Shown here one piece after another: positions 15,001 to 29,500 of a stretch of 64,000 nucleotides of DNA. A model generated the notes under the pieces. It made no database searches. It had not been told where the DNA came from and saw only the letters and a list, made by a program, of their open reading frames with translations. The stretch covers positions 15,128,001 to 15,192,000 of the forward strand of contig OX442314.1 of assembly GCA_949358305.1 (NCBI GenBank), read 5' to 3'. Every line of letters begins with the position of its first letter. Position 1 is the first letter of the stretch. The stretch is from Strigamia acuminata (lineage: Eukaryota). A program made the position numbers and the translations under genes.

Positions 15001-16456
15001 GTCAATGGCCGTTACATATATTGGCTATTACGTAAGGAAAAAGATGAAAAAGGGTTAACCGCCTCCTTAGTCATTCATTAAGCACCAACAGAAACGACCT
15101 TTTTGAAAATAGATCCAGCAATTATCCAACCAACACGTAGACAAAACGTGTGATTACAAACTACAAAAAATTATTAAACCCTTTCGGCCCGACTAGCTCA
15201 TTCTCCCCTTTTTTGTACTTACCGTCTAAAGCAAATTCGTGATACATTTTTTTTAAATGTGACCACTTGAAAAGAGGGATTCGCCAGGTTAACTGCAACG
15301 CTGCAATTACATTCAATGTCGCTCTTCCGTGTCTTGTTACTTATTGTATATATATATATTTTTTTTTTTGTATAAAAATATTTACAGACCTTGAGATGCG
15401 TGAAAGCAATAAATCCAATGATAAATACTAGTTAAGATTCTTGACGTTTTACATCTTGTATAAAAAAGGGTAGCGGCTGCATCAAGTTCAATATTTAATA
15501 TTTGCTCTCACAGCACAAACTGCATCACCATTTCCATCAAACGGGTGGCAGCTTCATCTTAGTTTATTAAGGAAAAATTCCTAGCCAGTCATAAAGTACA
15601 GGAGGCAGTAGGCAATTTGGGTTCAAAACCCAATAATTTCTGGACCACTGACTTCCAACATAAGAACCTAGACCTTCGCAAAAAAATTAAGATAACCTCT
15701 TTTTTTTAAAAAATAAAAAAAAATAATAAAAAAAAATCTTATCCACGATAAAAACTTTAAAAATAAAAATTAAATAAAAAAAAAAATCCCAAAACACTAT
15801 GACATCTTAAATAATTTACTGACTTAATCCCCTTCCCCCATCACCACCTCCAAAAAAATATATAAAACCACTCAAAACTTCTTTCCCTCGAAAAATATTT
15901 TTATTTCACATCAATTCATCACTTTTCACGAAAAAAAAAACTAATCAGAAACACAAGGAACGCCTCAGGCCACCCAAAAAAGAAGTAAGAAAAAAAAATC
16001 CACCCTCGCAATTAAAAGTCTCTCATCAAAATGACCTCCAACAACTGGAGCAATGACGCTCCTTTCCGAACAATTTCATGAAAATTGTCTAGATTCATGA
16101 CCATGTGCGCGAGCGTGCGTCACTTCATTTATGAAAAATGCATTTGCCTCTCTGCTCTTCTTTCCACCACCACCTCCTCCTCCATCGCTCGACTTCTATT
16201 ATACGGCCGGGCGAGGGCAATTCGCGCGTATAGCAGTGTGAGAAGAGGAAAAATATAATGTGGTTACACAATTCGTATTCATGGCAAACGACAGCCAGAG
16301 CCAAATGCCCAATAAATTTGCACGTATAGCCCCATTCCATGTCATCCTCGTGTCTCTCTCGTGGTGCAGTGTTGAGAGCTACTTCAATTAGTACAATGTG
16401 GCCTGAGTCGCACAAAAGATGTTGTAAATTCATTACGACGACATCTCATCAAAATC

Positions 16457-16478
16457 CTCTCTCTCTCTCTCTCTCTCT
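16457..16478 (+). repeat. (CT)n microsatellite (GAGA-type)
   Basis: About 11 CT units. Confidence 0.9.
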
Positions 16479-16768
16479 TTCTTTTTCTGCAATGTTCCCA
16501 TTCTCCTTCCCATCATCATCATAGTCATCATCTCACACTCCCTGTTCCTCCTCTTTCATCACTTCATTCTCTCATTCCCATGTGTTATGTGGTGACAAGT
16601 TGAGTTGACATCTTTTATCCCGGCCGAGACCTTTAATCTTGTTGCAGATAACAAGTGACAAATGTCAATCAAAACGACGAAAATATTTAACAACGTCATA
16701 AACAGAGAAAACAACCCGTCATTTCGTACCTTGATTCGGGACATTATTCAGCAAATAGTTTAAAATTT

Positions 16769-16802
16769 TCTTACCTACAAAAAAAAATAAGATTATTAGA
16801 AT
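16769..16802 (-). other. Recursive splice site (ratchet point) candidate
   Basis: Minus strand: branch-like ttctaat, then a long T tract, then gtag|GTAAGA. Junction at 16775/16774 inside a >33-kb intron. Confidence 0.6.
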
Positions 16803-19800
16803 TCACTTAGAATATTTTACAAAGAAAAAAAAACGAATTTATATACACAAGATAAAATAAAAATGTTCAATCTAATCAAGTCCAGGCAAGGCCATAAAAT
16901 AAACGTCTATGGGGCCCCGAAAAAAAGCAACTTTATCCAATTTTATAAATTATAAATAGCAATAAGAGATGGGAAAAGGAGAGGAGGAGCCCAAATGTTG
17001 TTTCAGAGACAAGAGTACAATTCCCAGTTGTGGATGGGTACAAATAAATCAGTCTAAGAACTCGATCCCCTCCCCCACTTCCCACTCATAGCCAGTAACT
17101 CTGCCATCCACATCCCATTTCTTCTTCGTCCAGCAAACTCCACAGTAAACACTTGCAAACAACTGCAGTGCGTCTTTGCCTATTTTCCCGCCTTTTCCCC
17201 TACTCTGCATCTAAATTCCCTTCATATAACAATTTTTATAGTCTTGAAAACTTCCTACCTACTTTCATATGCAGATTGACTTGTAGGTTTATAACGGCTC
17301 AAATGCAGATTGCCACAGATGTTCCTATCACGAATATAGACAGGGGGCAAGCAACGCAAGAACAAGTCTTGGGAGAAGGAGAAGGAGAAGGAGAAAGAGC
17401 GAGGAGAGGGCTAAGAGCCGTAATAGACAAATATGCAATACCCAAAAAAATCCATTTCATCGTATGCATCGCCTCCCACCCAACCGGCCAATATCCATTT
17501 CATTTTCAAATTTGTGGTCACTTTATCCCCACGATAAAACAAAACATACATCTCTATTTGGACGAAAGAAACGGCGCAAAACACTCTCGGAACGGCTCAC
17601 TTTAATTATAAAAGGGCAAAATCAATCGGCAAAAGTTGGCCATATATAACTTTGATCATCCAAACGGCCATATTCCCCATGCATCTACATCTTTATGTAA
17701 AATAAGCTCTAAGCATAAAAATGCATAGGCTACAATATAAACGCTGTCCCCTCCGATTTATCGAAGAATGAAGGAGATGGGAAGTGAGGAGACCAGAGCA
17801 AGCGAGGGGGGAATTTATAGACGACATTTCGGTGGCTTGCCCACATAATACAATCATGCTAAATGTGTATGCATTTATTCCATCAACCTTTGTTTTCGCC
17901 CACAGCCACTCGGTGGCGACGCTCGTTGCCATCTTTATTTCTTTCCTGCTGCTAAACATTGCCGGCAAAAAAGGCCATTCCCAAAGATTCACATGCAAAT
18001 CAGGATTGCGACCCCTGCAACACCACTTCACTATCCGCAACTCCTTAACCCCTATCGTAAATCCAATCATTTCAGCAAAAACAAAACCGATTAAAACCCT
18101 CCCATCCCGACTCCGCCATCCGAAATCAAATTTTTCCATCAAAAAACGCACAGTAAACTCGCATCAAGCCACCAACAAAAAATACCACAAACTTTTTAAT
18201 ATTCTTCCGACATGTCACTGTTTTTACACAGTATTCAAAGCAATAAAAACATGCAAACGACCACTGCCTCAATATACGCAAAACCCCCACAGCCCAAGCG
18301 CCTCCTGCAGAGCGATACTGTCATTGCCAACCGACGGCTGAGCCAGCGATGCGAGTTCGCTGGGAGGTCTTGGATGGGGGCCATCAATGCAGATGGGCCG
18401 GGCATTGATAGAGGAATGGATGAGGATGCGGCTCAGGACCCCACACCGCCATCAAAACGCATTCCCTAGGGGGGACTTATAAAAGGCAAGCAAGAGAGAT
18501 CAGGGGCATTGAGGGACAACTAGATCCCTTACCTGTAATGGCCGGATTCCAACACCCTACATTTCATCCCAAATCCACCCACACCTTGTAATATCCTTTT
18601 ATACTTGTCGGATTGTGTGGGTGGACACTTGGCCTTTCGGCACTGCTCACTAAGGAGCGGAAATCATGGACGTTGCGAAATGCGAACGGTCAGCCCTAAC
18701 AATTTGTCTGGTTTTATTTACAACTGTCAAAAATGATATAAAAGTTGATCCACTAATAAAATGATAAATAATAGCCAATAAAAACAACCCTTTTAACCAT
18801 GAAAATATTCAACAAAAAATAATAAAATTAATTTTAAAAATTTTTTTAAAAAAAAAAAAACCAAGTCGTTTTAAAAGATAAATAAAATGTTGGAAAAAAA
18901 ATATTTTTGAATTGTAAATGTTACTTCCCCATTCGTGAGGCCAGGAAATTCTTTGAAAATAGAGAAGAGCATAAATTACATGGAATTAGACAAAAATTTC
19001 TGACACCGAGCTCATTCCGCGTAATTATCATTTTTAGTGTACAGACTCGTTCACTGAGAATGAGAGAAACGGAGAGAGTGGCCAAGGTAAACTAGTCTTA
19101 ATCGAATATGTATTAACAGCAGGGGGTAGCAGCAGCACCAATTCCAGTCGGAAAAAAATGCAGAAATTATCAAAAACGGGGGAAAAAACGTATATCTTAA
19201 ATTTCCACTCCAAATTTTTTATTTTTTTTATTTTAAGAAAAATGCTTTAAAATAAATTACTCTTGGCTCGTTTAAACGCAACAAGAGAAGAGGCGGCGAA
19301 ATTTATTTTGCACTTGGTATATATCAAATGCTTTCCATTTCTCACGCATTTCTCATAAAATTAAATCAACACTTTTTTAAGTCGCATAATCATCTAGCCA
19401 AATATTATTTGTATGCAAACATAAAAACTATTTTCAATTTATCACTACTTAAACCATTATCACAGAAAGTACAGTCACGACACGAACGCCATTTTTTTTT
19501 CCAGCTAGATTAAAATTAATTCCGTAAAAATGTTCCAAAAAAAAATATTTGACTTATGAATTCAACGTTTACTTTCGAACAGAATAAGTTAAACATCCGT
19601 ATATAAATACAACCAAAAAAAAAAAAATTAAAATTTTAAGATAAAAAAATTAATTTAAATTTTATTTTATTCAAATTCTCTTCCTCCATATTATTGAAAA
19701 TTTCTTATTGATTTTTTTACTCGCTTTTCACCCACTTAAAAAAAAAACGTGCAAACAAGAATGTAAATTCCGTTTGTGCTTCATCAGGATCTAATCAAAT

Positions 19801-22800
19801 GAAAGAAATATGCTGTCCATACACACCTCCAAGCGAGAAAAAAGAAGGAAAAACCCCCGCCTACTGAAGCAGAAAAATTTACCCCTTAAAAAAATACTAG
19901 AATCAATGGATGAGAAAGAAAAATCGCCCACGCGCCCAACTTATACCAGATGGTATACATTACTTCATTAGTATGCAGCAAGAGTAGCCATAACTGGACG
20001 ACCAGTGGCGCCGTGCCGTGACGTCAATCAGTTGCTCTTTTACCACTTCACCCCTTTTCCCCCCTACAAAAATACCCATTCACCCCTTTCCAAGCTATCA
20101 ATCTGCAAAAAAACAGGGAGGGAGAGCGAGCTGCAGAGAACTTAAAATTTTCCATGTTCTCTTGTCCATATATATTATTCAATAATGCAAAATTCGCACA
20201 TGCAAATACACTGCAAACGCTGCAAGCTACTGCAGACGCCAGAACACACTGTCAACTTAAACTTTATTCACGCTTGATCAACTAGTGAAGAAAAGAATTC
20301 CAAAAATTAACTTTGTCCAATTGGATTTGGTATCCAAAACCCTAAAGTCCATTTACACAACTGAAACTGTTTATACACGTGCTGAAAGGCAATAAAAACA
20401 TACGAAAAAAAAATAAAGAAGACCCTCAACTGTAATTCCCAACTCCCCTCCCCAAATTCACAAAAAAAAGAAAAAAAATTCTATAAAAGAAAAGAAAAGA
20501 AGAGGGAGAAAAAAAAGGCCCAATGGGAGAGAAAGGCATATTTCCGCTCTTTTTGAATGGCAAATTAGGCTTAACTTAACTTTGAAATCCCATTGGGCTA
20601 CTACTTCTGACTTTCAATTCCCTTTCAATTGAGCACACACTCACACAGCCTCCATTATAAAAGCGAAAGAGAGAGAGAGCGAAAAAGCGATAGAAGATGG
20701 GGTTACATTAGATAGGCTTAACCCCTTAAAATACGTGCGTGCAACCAAATCACAAAGCTGACACCTTCATCATCTATGGGAACGCCAAGGAACAACGAGG
20801 TACAATGGCAAGTCAAATGCGTGCTAATCTGTGGGGTCTTTGCTGGACGGTGTCGCTACGAAGAGAGAGTGAGAGTGAGGGGAGAGGAATCGCGGAGACA
20901 CGCCGTCTGTTGGTCGAGATTGGGAGCACCACTTCCTGTCTCGCCATTGATCGTACTCCCCCCTTTGCTTTTTCCACCCCCTCTCACTCTCTCGGGCTCT
21001 TCTCTCTTTATAGAAATTTACATTATATGTATATTACATACAAATATCCAACAGCAAACAATTTTCATCTTGGGCGAAATAGGCGAAACGAAAAAATTAA
21101 CAAAACTAAATCATTTCAAAGTGATCGTAAGATGACAGTCACAATCACCTTGTAGTCAACTTTTTTTTCGTTTTATTCTTTTTACTAAAACCTGCTCACG
21201 TTCCCATCATCCTCCATACCCCGAGGCAATGACTCAGCTGCCCGTGGTATTTTTCACGCATGTCGTGGTTTCGAAGTTGAACGTGAAAGAAAGAAAAGCG
21301 TGAAAAAAGAAAAGAAAAATGAATGAGTAAAAAAAAAAAAGTCCCGGTGACGTGAGCACCTTCTTAACATTCTATACCGAGCCAACTATGAGTGGTCATT
21401 TTGGAACCGCCACCACCATCGGTCCATCTAAGACAAAGGTGAATGGACGCTCACCCGCACGCTGTCATTTACCATCATTCTGCCCATCAATTTTAGACCA
21501 CAAAAAGCGGTGAAGGAGAAACCACCGGCTCCAAAAAATTAAAAAAATATATATAAAAAGAATAAAAATAAATCCGTAACAGCGCATGCGTGACAAAGAC
21601 GCGCAACATTAAAGGAAAAACGCCAAAAAGAAATTGAGAACTCTTCGAGTCCACTTGAGAGAACATCGATCAAACGAAGTCTATGCAATTGACTATCAAT
21701 CGTCATCGTCACCCATAGCAACGAGACGAAAAGAAGTATTTTTAGTGACGGCTAAAAGGCAAACCAATTGGGCTTAGGGCCACTTATCCAACTGCGTTTT
21801 CCTCTTCTGTGCCCGTATGGCCCTTTCTTCTCTTTTTCTCTCTCACGAACCCTATCCCTCCGAGCCCACCATTGGCGTGCGTGACTTCCCTCCAAATGGG
21901 GGTGTGAGCAGGGGATAAAACGCGACTCTCAATTGTCCCTCAACCCTTTCTTCTCCACTACCAAGATTTGGATTCCAATTTCAAACTGGAACTTTTTTTC
22001 CTTTTCCCCATTCTCGCGTCTCCTTTATTTTCTTCAATTAACTTAAAGACTGTTCGGCACAAGCAGCGAGTGCATTCAGCAGAATATATAGAAAAGAAGC
22101 CGCACGTTTGTGGGCGTGCAAGTTGTTTGAGAAAACGCACTTGTAGGAGTACAGTCGTTTGCTATTATAATCAGTCTAAGTGGCAAACTAGTGCCACTTT
22201 GGATGCGTCCAACCAATTAGCAAGTCCAATGAAATTTGTCGCGCGTGCATCCATTTAATTCCCCTTTTCGCGCAATGCCTTTTCTGCTCCCTATGTCCTT
22301 AGCGGCAATCAGATCCAATTAAGCAAATCGCGAAAGGTGCAAAACGAAAACAGAGTCAAATTGATACAAGCGCGACATGGCTCGGGTTAATGGGTGAATC
22401 AGTGCAAATAGCACAATCTCACGCAATTTAAGCACATTGCAATTTGAAACATATTAAGTCGAAAATTTTTATATAAAAAAATATAAATAATAATTATAAA
22501 TTAAATCTGCTAGAAAAAAAAAAAAAATTTTTCATCTTATATAATAAAGGCGCATTAAAATTCCACACTCAATCAAATTGATTCACTGCCCTGTTTCCAT
22601 TTTCCACAAATTAATTATCAAATACCAATCATCACTGCGCTATTAACCGCTCACGCACTGGTCAGTCATTTCAAGTTGAGAAAGAGAGGAGGGATCACCA
22701 TCAAAATGAGGAATATTAAGTGTAGGGGTGGAGTGGTTACGAGTGGGTGAGAAGTCCCTATATATTAGGCCCGCAGCGGCGTCGGCGCAGTCATCAGCTG

Positions 22801-23050
22801 CCCTGGCGCCTCGATGGCCGCTACTCATGTTCATAAATCATTGTCACGTTTTATAATTAAGAAATGCCAACCCTAATGACTTGATGGAAAACGGAAAACA
22901 ATAGGCCTTCCGTCTGCCTTTAACAAACGCGTGTCATCAACATCATCATCCCCAGACAAAATATTTCATACTTACAGTAAGCTATTGCTCCTCTTATCAA
23001 CACGTTAACTGTTAATAAACTGACTTAACCCTCGATTTCAAATCAAAATA

Positions 23051-23552
23051 CAGCAGAATGCCGATTATCCCAACTTCTTAAGGCAGGGGGATATACGACA
23101 ATCAAAATTTGCAAGTCAGAGATTCGAATCTTTCATAGGATTCGGATGGGATTCAGAAAGATGATTATTTTAATAAAAATATTTGAAGTTTTGTCCAATT
23201 TTCGACAAAAAAAAAATCAAAATTTTTATAAAATGTATAGATTCGGGATTCGGAGATTCGGGGATTCAGAATGGGATTCGAAAGCCCATGTCAGAGATTC
23301 GGTTGAATGTCGTACTCGGACTTAAAGTGTTCGTAAAACCGATTTGTTTGCATAATCAGACATTAGGTTTATGTAGTACATACTGTACTCTTATATAAAA
23401 ACAAAAAAATCGATAAAAAATCGTTAAAGACCTATAAAAAAATCGATAAAAAATCGTTAAAGATCTACTAAAAAATCGATAAAAAATTGAGCACCGTTGT
23501 TCGGATAACCGGCATTCGGATAATCGGCGTTCGGATAATCGGCGTTCCACTG
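23051..23552. mobile_element. Non-autonomous Tc1/mariner-pogo-type MITE with TA target-site duplication
   Basis: Left end TA|CAGCAGAATGCCGATTATCCCAAC matches the reverse complement of the right end, TA|CAGTGGAACGCCGATTATCCGAAC. Three 15-nt subterminal repeats (ttcggataa(t/c)cggc(g/a)) at about 23500-23545 and ~32-nt tandem repeats at about 23400-23490. Confidence 0.8.
23078..23325. mobile_element. Small TTAA-flanked element nested in the MITE, with dispersed GATTCG repeats
   Basis: TTAA at both ends, imperfect inverted termini (tacgacaatc / gaatgtcgta), many gattcg(g) motifs internally. Confidence 0.5.
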
Positions 23553-26500
23553 TATAATAATAAAAATACTACAAATACAATTTAAAAAAAAAAAATTCTA
23601 ACATCGTTTCTTAATCCCCCCTGCATGGTATAATGAACCTCCAACACCATAAAAACATCATTTTTATTTAAATTTTTTTTTTTTAAATATCTACTCCGTT
23701 CCCCTCCGCCCATCAAACTTCTACTTACACCCGCCCATCCATCTCACCTTTTTCGTTCACCGACACTTTTTACACCGTTTTATCCATGCATAGGTAAGAT
23801 AATTACACATCAAGAGCTGGATTTATATAAGATTCATTCTCCCCTCCCTCGCTTGTTCATTCTTGCACTGAGGGCATATTCAATCCGATCATCACAGACC
23901 TGATCATTATAAAAGCGCTCTCTGACCACTCTTATATACCTAACGTAGTATACAACTAAAATTTATAGACGCTACAGGTGACTACACTGTCCATTACATG
24001 CTAATCATATGATGGACCCCTCGAGGGATGCTTAATTTTTTTTTACCTCCCATTCCCACTTAAATAAAAAAAAAAGGTAGAAAAAAATCAAGAGATGATA
24101 AAATAAATAAACAAAAAGATTTTAAAAGCGCTTTCAAATCTTACGATTTACAACTTTCAGCGACGCGAATAATATTTATGTTTCTGTAACTTTTCAATTG
24201 ATAGTCTATTAAATTCCCACACATGTCAAACATGTATTCAACCACCTCTAGGTTGAACAGCCACTCATTTCCTATTCAACATCAACTAATTACACCCAAT
24301 TATTTGATGTTTATTCAATACATTAATTTTAAAAAATTTTAAAAAAAAATAAAGTCAATTTTTTTGAGACATAATTAGTTCTAAGATAACATTTTAATAA
24401 ATAACCCTTTAATAAAAAGCACCGGTCTTCAACCCTAGATAATTATCACTAAAACTGTCATTACAGTCGGATCCCGACCCGTATAATTCCGTAAGCATCT
24501 GTTGTCCATCGAGTTGAGAGGGCGCGGCGCGCAAGTGGCAGCCATATTTCTTTAACATAATGAATATTTAAGCCTCACTTGTCACACAATGGTAATCCAC
24601 AGGATTTGTACAATTTACTAACGTGGACTCACTGGCTCAGCACGGGGCATCATGGCCTCCCGTATTCCTGCATACCAAACAAGCGAGCCAAAAGCGGAGT
24701 CCGAAGCACAGGCAACAACAGTCGCTTCCCATAATTCCCTTTTACACGCGTTTAAATTTATAGTTCAATCAGTGCTCATGCATAAAAGAGATGGGTCATT
24801 GAAAATAATGTTGGGTCATTTTATGATGCATTCATAAACAGGTTTAAATTGAAAAACTTCTCTCAAACGTCTTGAAAAAAACGGAGAAATGTATTTGTAT
24901 ACAATTTAAAACAAAAAACAATGCAGAAAAAAAAAAGTGAAAATAAAATTTACAATTTTTCCACACTCTTATAATTTATCGAGGTTTATGACCTTGTAGG
25001 AATACACTTTTCAACTCAAATTTCAAATAAGCAGAAAAGGATATTTCTCATTTTCTTTGCAAGATGATCCTCGCAAATGAACTAACTTCCTGGTTCGTGC
25101 TACAGAAAAAAAGTGAGGAACAAGTCCATAACTTAAAAGCTTAGAAAACTGTGGCTCCGTTAAAACCAGTTTGTAACCCTCTTACTTTACCACAAACTGC
25201 TTTCCGAGTAAAAGGCAAATCGTACGAAAATGAGAAGAAAAAAACATAAAACTGTCATCTGTTGCGCCTAAACACTGAAGAATTAGACTTGAGAAATCCG
25301 GATCAAAATTCCTCGACTAAATTAACCCGACAACCCAAAACATTACCATCATCTCTACATTTTACCGGATTTAATTTAAACATATAAATAATAATAATAA
25401 TAATAAATAAAATTATTCTTAAAAAAAATTTTTTTTTTTTTTAAATCATACAAATTATTATTATCTGATATTTTTCTTCTTTCTTTTCCTCGTTATGACA
25501 CGGGCTCGAGTTTAGCCGGGTTAATTGGGTAAAATCTCTTCATCTACATAACGCAAAACACATTAAACTGAATCTTTTTCTTCAAACTCATGAATATATT
25601 TCATTTTATAGTTGTGATAATTTGTGGCCACTCTTTTTCTCTTGCATAAATAAAAAGACGAAGAAAAAAAATTCAAAACCAAGAATATAAACAACATTTA
25701 AAAAAATAACTTCATTTGTGGTAAGTTTAATAACATTTAAAATTACAATCATGTTGAAACATTAATTTAACATTTACACACCTATTTTTTGACATAACGC
25801 AAAAGAAAAAAATGCAAAACAACTTCTCGGACGAATATTTTACAAGTATAGAAAAATTCTCCCTTTTTTTAATCTGCTTTGCGAACCACGAAAACACAAA
25901 CACTTTTCCCTAATGGCCAATTGATGCAAAGGTGATAAGAAAGAGGAGACACAATTACCTTCAATCTCCACATCTATTCTTCTAAACATTAATTTAAGTC
26001 ACTTTTGTTAATTCAATTTTCGAATAATACTGCTAGATTGAAATTCAGCCTTCGCATCAATAAAAATGTATAGTTGATGGAAAGGAAGCGCCATGACATT
26101 TTGACAAGTTGTCTGTAGTAAGGGCAACGATCAATCATTCGCCATTCCTTCTATCAGATAGCTCAAATGGAAGGGGAGGAGAAAGTCACAGACCCACAAG
26201 GTCAGCTGCTTGCCTGGTGCAGGTCATTCCTTCCTTCAGCCAGTGGACAAGAAGCCATCTCCTACCACCACCTCCTAGTCGTTTTAATCCTCTCGTGATG
26301 CTAGTTTTTATAACATCCAAACTACAAATTTCCTTTCTGCCAACATTTATATCGTCCATTTTTCAACTAACATTAAGTCATATCAATATGCATTTAAAGC
26401 GCCATAACGTTTTTAATTTTCTTTTAAAAATTGTTATTTCTAAATCGTTTCCTGCACGAAAACAATAAAAATCACATAAAACTCGATTTTAAAACCTCTT

Positions 26501-29500
26501 TAACCAATAATTACTATTAAAAATAGCTTTAAATAAGCTATAACTAATTTTTATATAGCTATATAAAAAAAATAGATTCCCATCGCTATTCTAGGTATAT
26601 AAGCTTACACATTCCCATCCCATGTAAGTTAAAGACAGCTGACACAGCAACATGAAACCAGGTCACTAGTTGCATCACCAAATTTAATTTATAACATTTT
26701 CACCAGTAATTAGAAAGAAATAACTCATAAGAATATCATTTGCATAAATAGTCATACTTTATGACTTGGAAATTCAAGAAAAAATCATAAATTACATTTT
26801 TTTTCCTTCAAAACTTGGATTATAAATCAAAACAAATTTCTATAACTTAGTCGAATAATGAGCTCATTTCCATCTAAACATAGGTGACGTCAAGCAATAG
26901 TCCATAACATTCCTGGCCGATGGGCCACCACAAGGGGTCCACAGACGGGGCAACTGCATCCTTGGTTGCTTAACCCCTGCGGGCCTATTTCATCTTTTTG
27001 ATTTATGCCATACACTCTCATAAATTGGGGTTGCTACAGGAGGGCTTCACTTGTATTCTTTTTTTACTTGTATGTTTCCCCTCTCCCTACATGAACGGGC
27101 TGAATTATGGGACACTTGTCCATATACGCGGCTACCTATCCGCCACCCTGATACCTCTTTCTTACCACATAAATGAGGACAAGTCGCATGCATACTCTTA
27201 GATCATTCCACCCAATAATTTCAAGTGTCATGTCTGCGAATTTTCCCAGACAGATTCGAATTGCAACGCAATAGAATCAAAATTTGGGTATTCCAAAAAT
27301 TCCAAAATATATCTATTTTATGTATCCAATCATAAACTATTAAAAACTCTAATTTCTTTCCCCCCACGTCAATGTTTATACTTTATAGGCATTTAAAAAA
27401 AATTTAAAATTTTTTTTATAAATTTTTCAAATGCCGTAAAATATGTATAGAGAGTCTGTAACGGTCAAGTTACTCACCGTGACTTTAAAATCCAAAAATA
27501 AAATCATTAAATATGTAATAAAATGGCGTATAAGACCAGAAGAAAAACTTCAAACACTTTTAGTGCACAACAATCCAAAAAAGTCAAAATTTATTACTAA
27601 AAAATCTCGACTAATTTGCATTTTTATTTAATCCAAAAAACCAATTACAACTCACTAGTAGATTCATTCCAAAAATTAATTAATAAACCACTTGTCAAAC
27701 CATCCTCCTCCAAAATAAAAAATAAAATAATCACAAAGGTCAGCCAACACTCTGTTCCCCTAATCAGAATCAAGTCAAAGATCATACAGGTGCATTTAAA
27801 AACCACCATGTGTTTCTCTTAAAATCGCAACTGAACTAAAACACAAAAAAGTCATTTTTTTGCCTCAAAAAAAAAAAAAAAAATCCGTCAAAGTAAACAT
27901 AACTTATTACTGAACACTGTACATATTTGCCTATTTGGCTTTAAGGCCAATGGCCATCAAGAAAAATGGCCAAGTGAAGCCTAATATGGAAATTACCCAT
28001 CATTACACTAGTTGATTACATAGCAGCTAATAAGTGAGTGAGCCAATCTAGCACCGCTAACATCCTCACACTTATGCAAAGGGAAAGAGAAAGAGGCCAT
28101 TTTCACACACTCAGTGAGAAAGTGGCAACAACAACACGAGTCAAAGGTGATCGAGCTGCCATTATAACTCTCTGCTCCAACAAATCTTAACCCTACTTCT
28201 TCTACTGTGGTCTATTTAATTAGGACTACTTCTCATCTCAAGATAAAATAAAAAAAAATTCAAAAAAAAAATATAAAATTACGTAAGACAAGTTTATTTA
28301 TTCATTTTTCTAAACCTCCATTAAATCCCAAACCCAATTTGAGCTGCACAATTTGAACTTTAAAGTTCTTTTGACCGCGGGTCATTTGCCAAATAGCCCT
28401 CATGCTAAATAGACGGGGGCGAAAGGCCAATCTACAAACATATGATTAAAAATCCATCAAGAACAACACCTGGTTGCGTTCAAATCTAATCAATACCAAA
28501 AATCACAATCACAATTATCCAGTAGTGATGCCATTATTGACATTAGTTTAAGACTATACGGTATAAAAATAGTGTAAGGGAAAAATGATAAAACGGAGAG
28601 TTTGCGGGCTGCATTTTTCCCTTATTATCTGCGTATCAGCCAAGTCCAGACATAATAAAATATTCCTAATCTGCTTAAACCCCTTTTGCGCACGACAACT
28701 GGTCCGATCAGGTTGATCCCAAGTGGGTCCACTTTCTTATCTCAACCCCATCGGCACTCAGTTACACTGACTATCTGTCGTCTAGTCGCTCGCCTACTTC
28801 ATATCGGTGGGCCAAATAGTTGAGAGGGTAAATGTAGACGAGTTGCAGAGTGGGGTGGTGTATGGAAGGGGGGGGTGGGGGATGAGGATGAGGAGGGTTA
28901 ATAGTGATGTATAGGCCCGCTTTCAAGAGTGGAACAAGCGTCGACAAAGAGGCAGTGACCACAGCAACACAAACCAGTGGTCAGTGAATAAACTAGCCGC
29001 GACTCGCATACCCACCGGGGCTTTGGCACCAAAGGAGTGTTCATGGAAAGGCGAAGAAGAAGGGAGTCGGGTGAAATATGAGCGGCCATTGGTTCCGTGG
29101 CCACGGAGTTTCACAATAGCTGTGTGGCCAAACATAAGGCGTTGTGTGGGACAACACTGGACACGACATCCCAACCCCTTCTCGATCCCCCTAAACCCTT
29201 TATAGAGGGATGGTCAGTCAGTATGACCAAGCCCCTTGACCATATTGTCATTCTTTTTTCACCCTAAATCTTTTATTTATTTTATTTATTTCCATTTTTT
29301 TTTATCCAAAAGCAAAGATGGAGGAAAGGAATGGGGGAAAATGAAGGAGTACGGCATACAAGGGGCTACAGAGTGTGTTTAATTTCAGAAATTTTCACAT
29401 ACACCTCTTAATAATCGGCGTGGAATATCCCGCCCTGTTCATGGGTCAGGCAGGTGTGAAACGGTGGAGTGACCACTCACAACACGCCGCCAGAACACAG

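Noticed and set aside
17153..18469. Cluster of 85-185 aa ORFs on both strands
   Set aside because: No recognisable domain, mostly non-ATG starts, no consistent splice sites, and overlapping opposite frames. Likely chance ORFs in GC-richer intronic DNA.
23400..23552. Short direct repeats resembling a CRISPR-like array
   Set aside because: The repeats are contiguous without unique spacers, lie inside MITE termini, and the DNA is eukaryotic.
28771..29205. Overlapping ORFs in a GC-rich block
   Set aside because: No domain similarity or flanking splice sites. More likely regulatory DNA.
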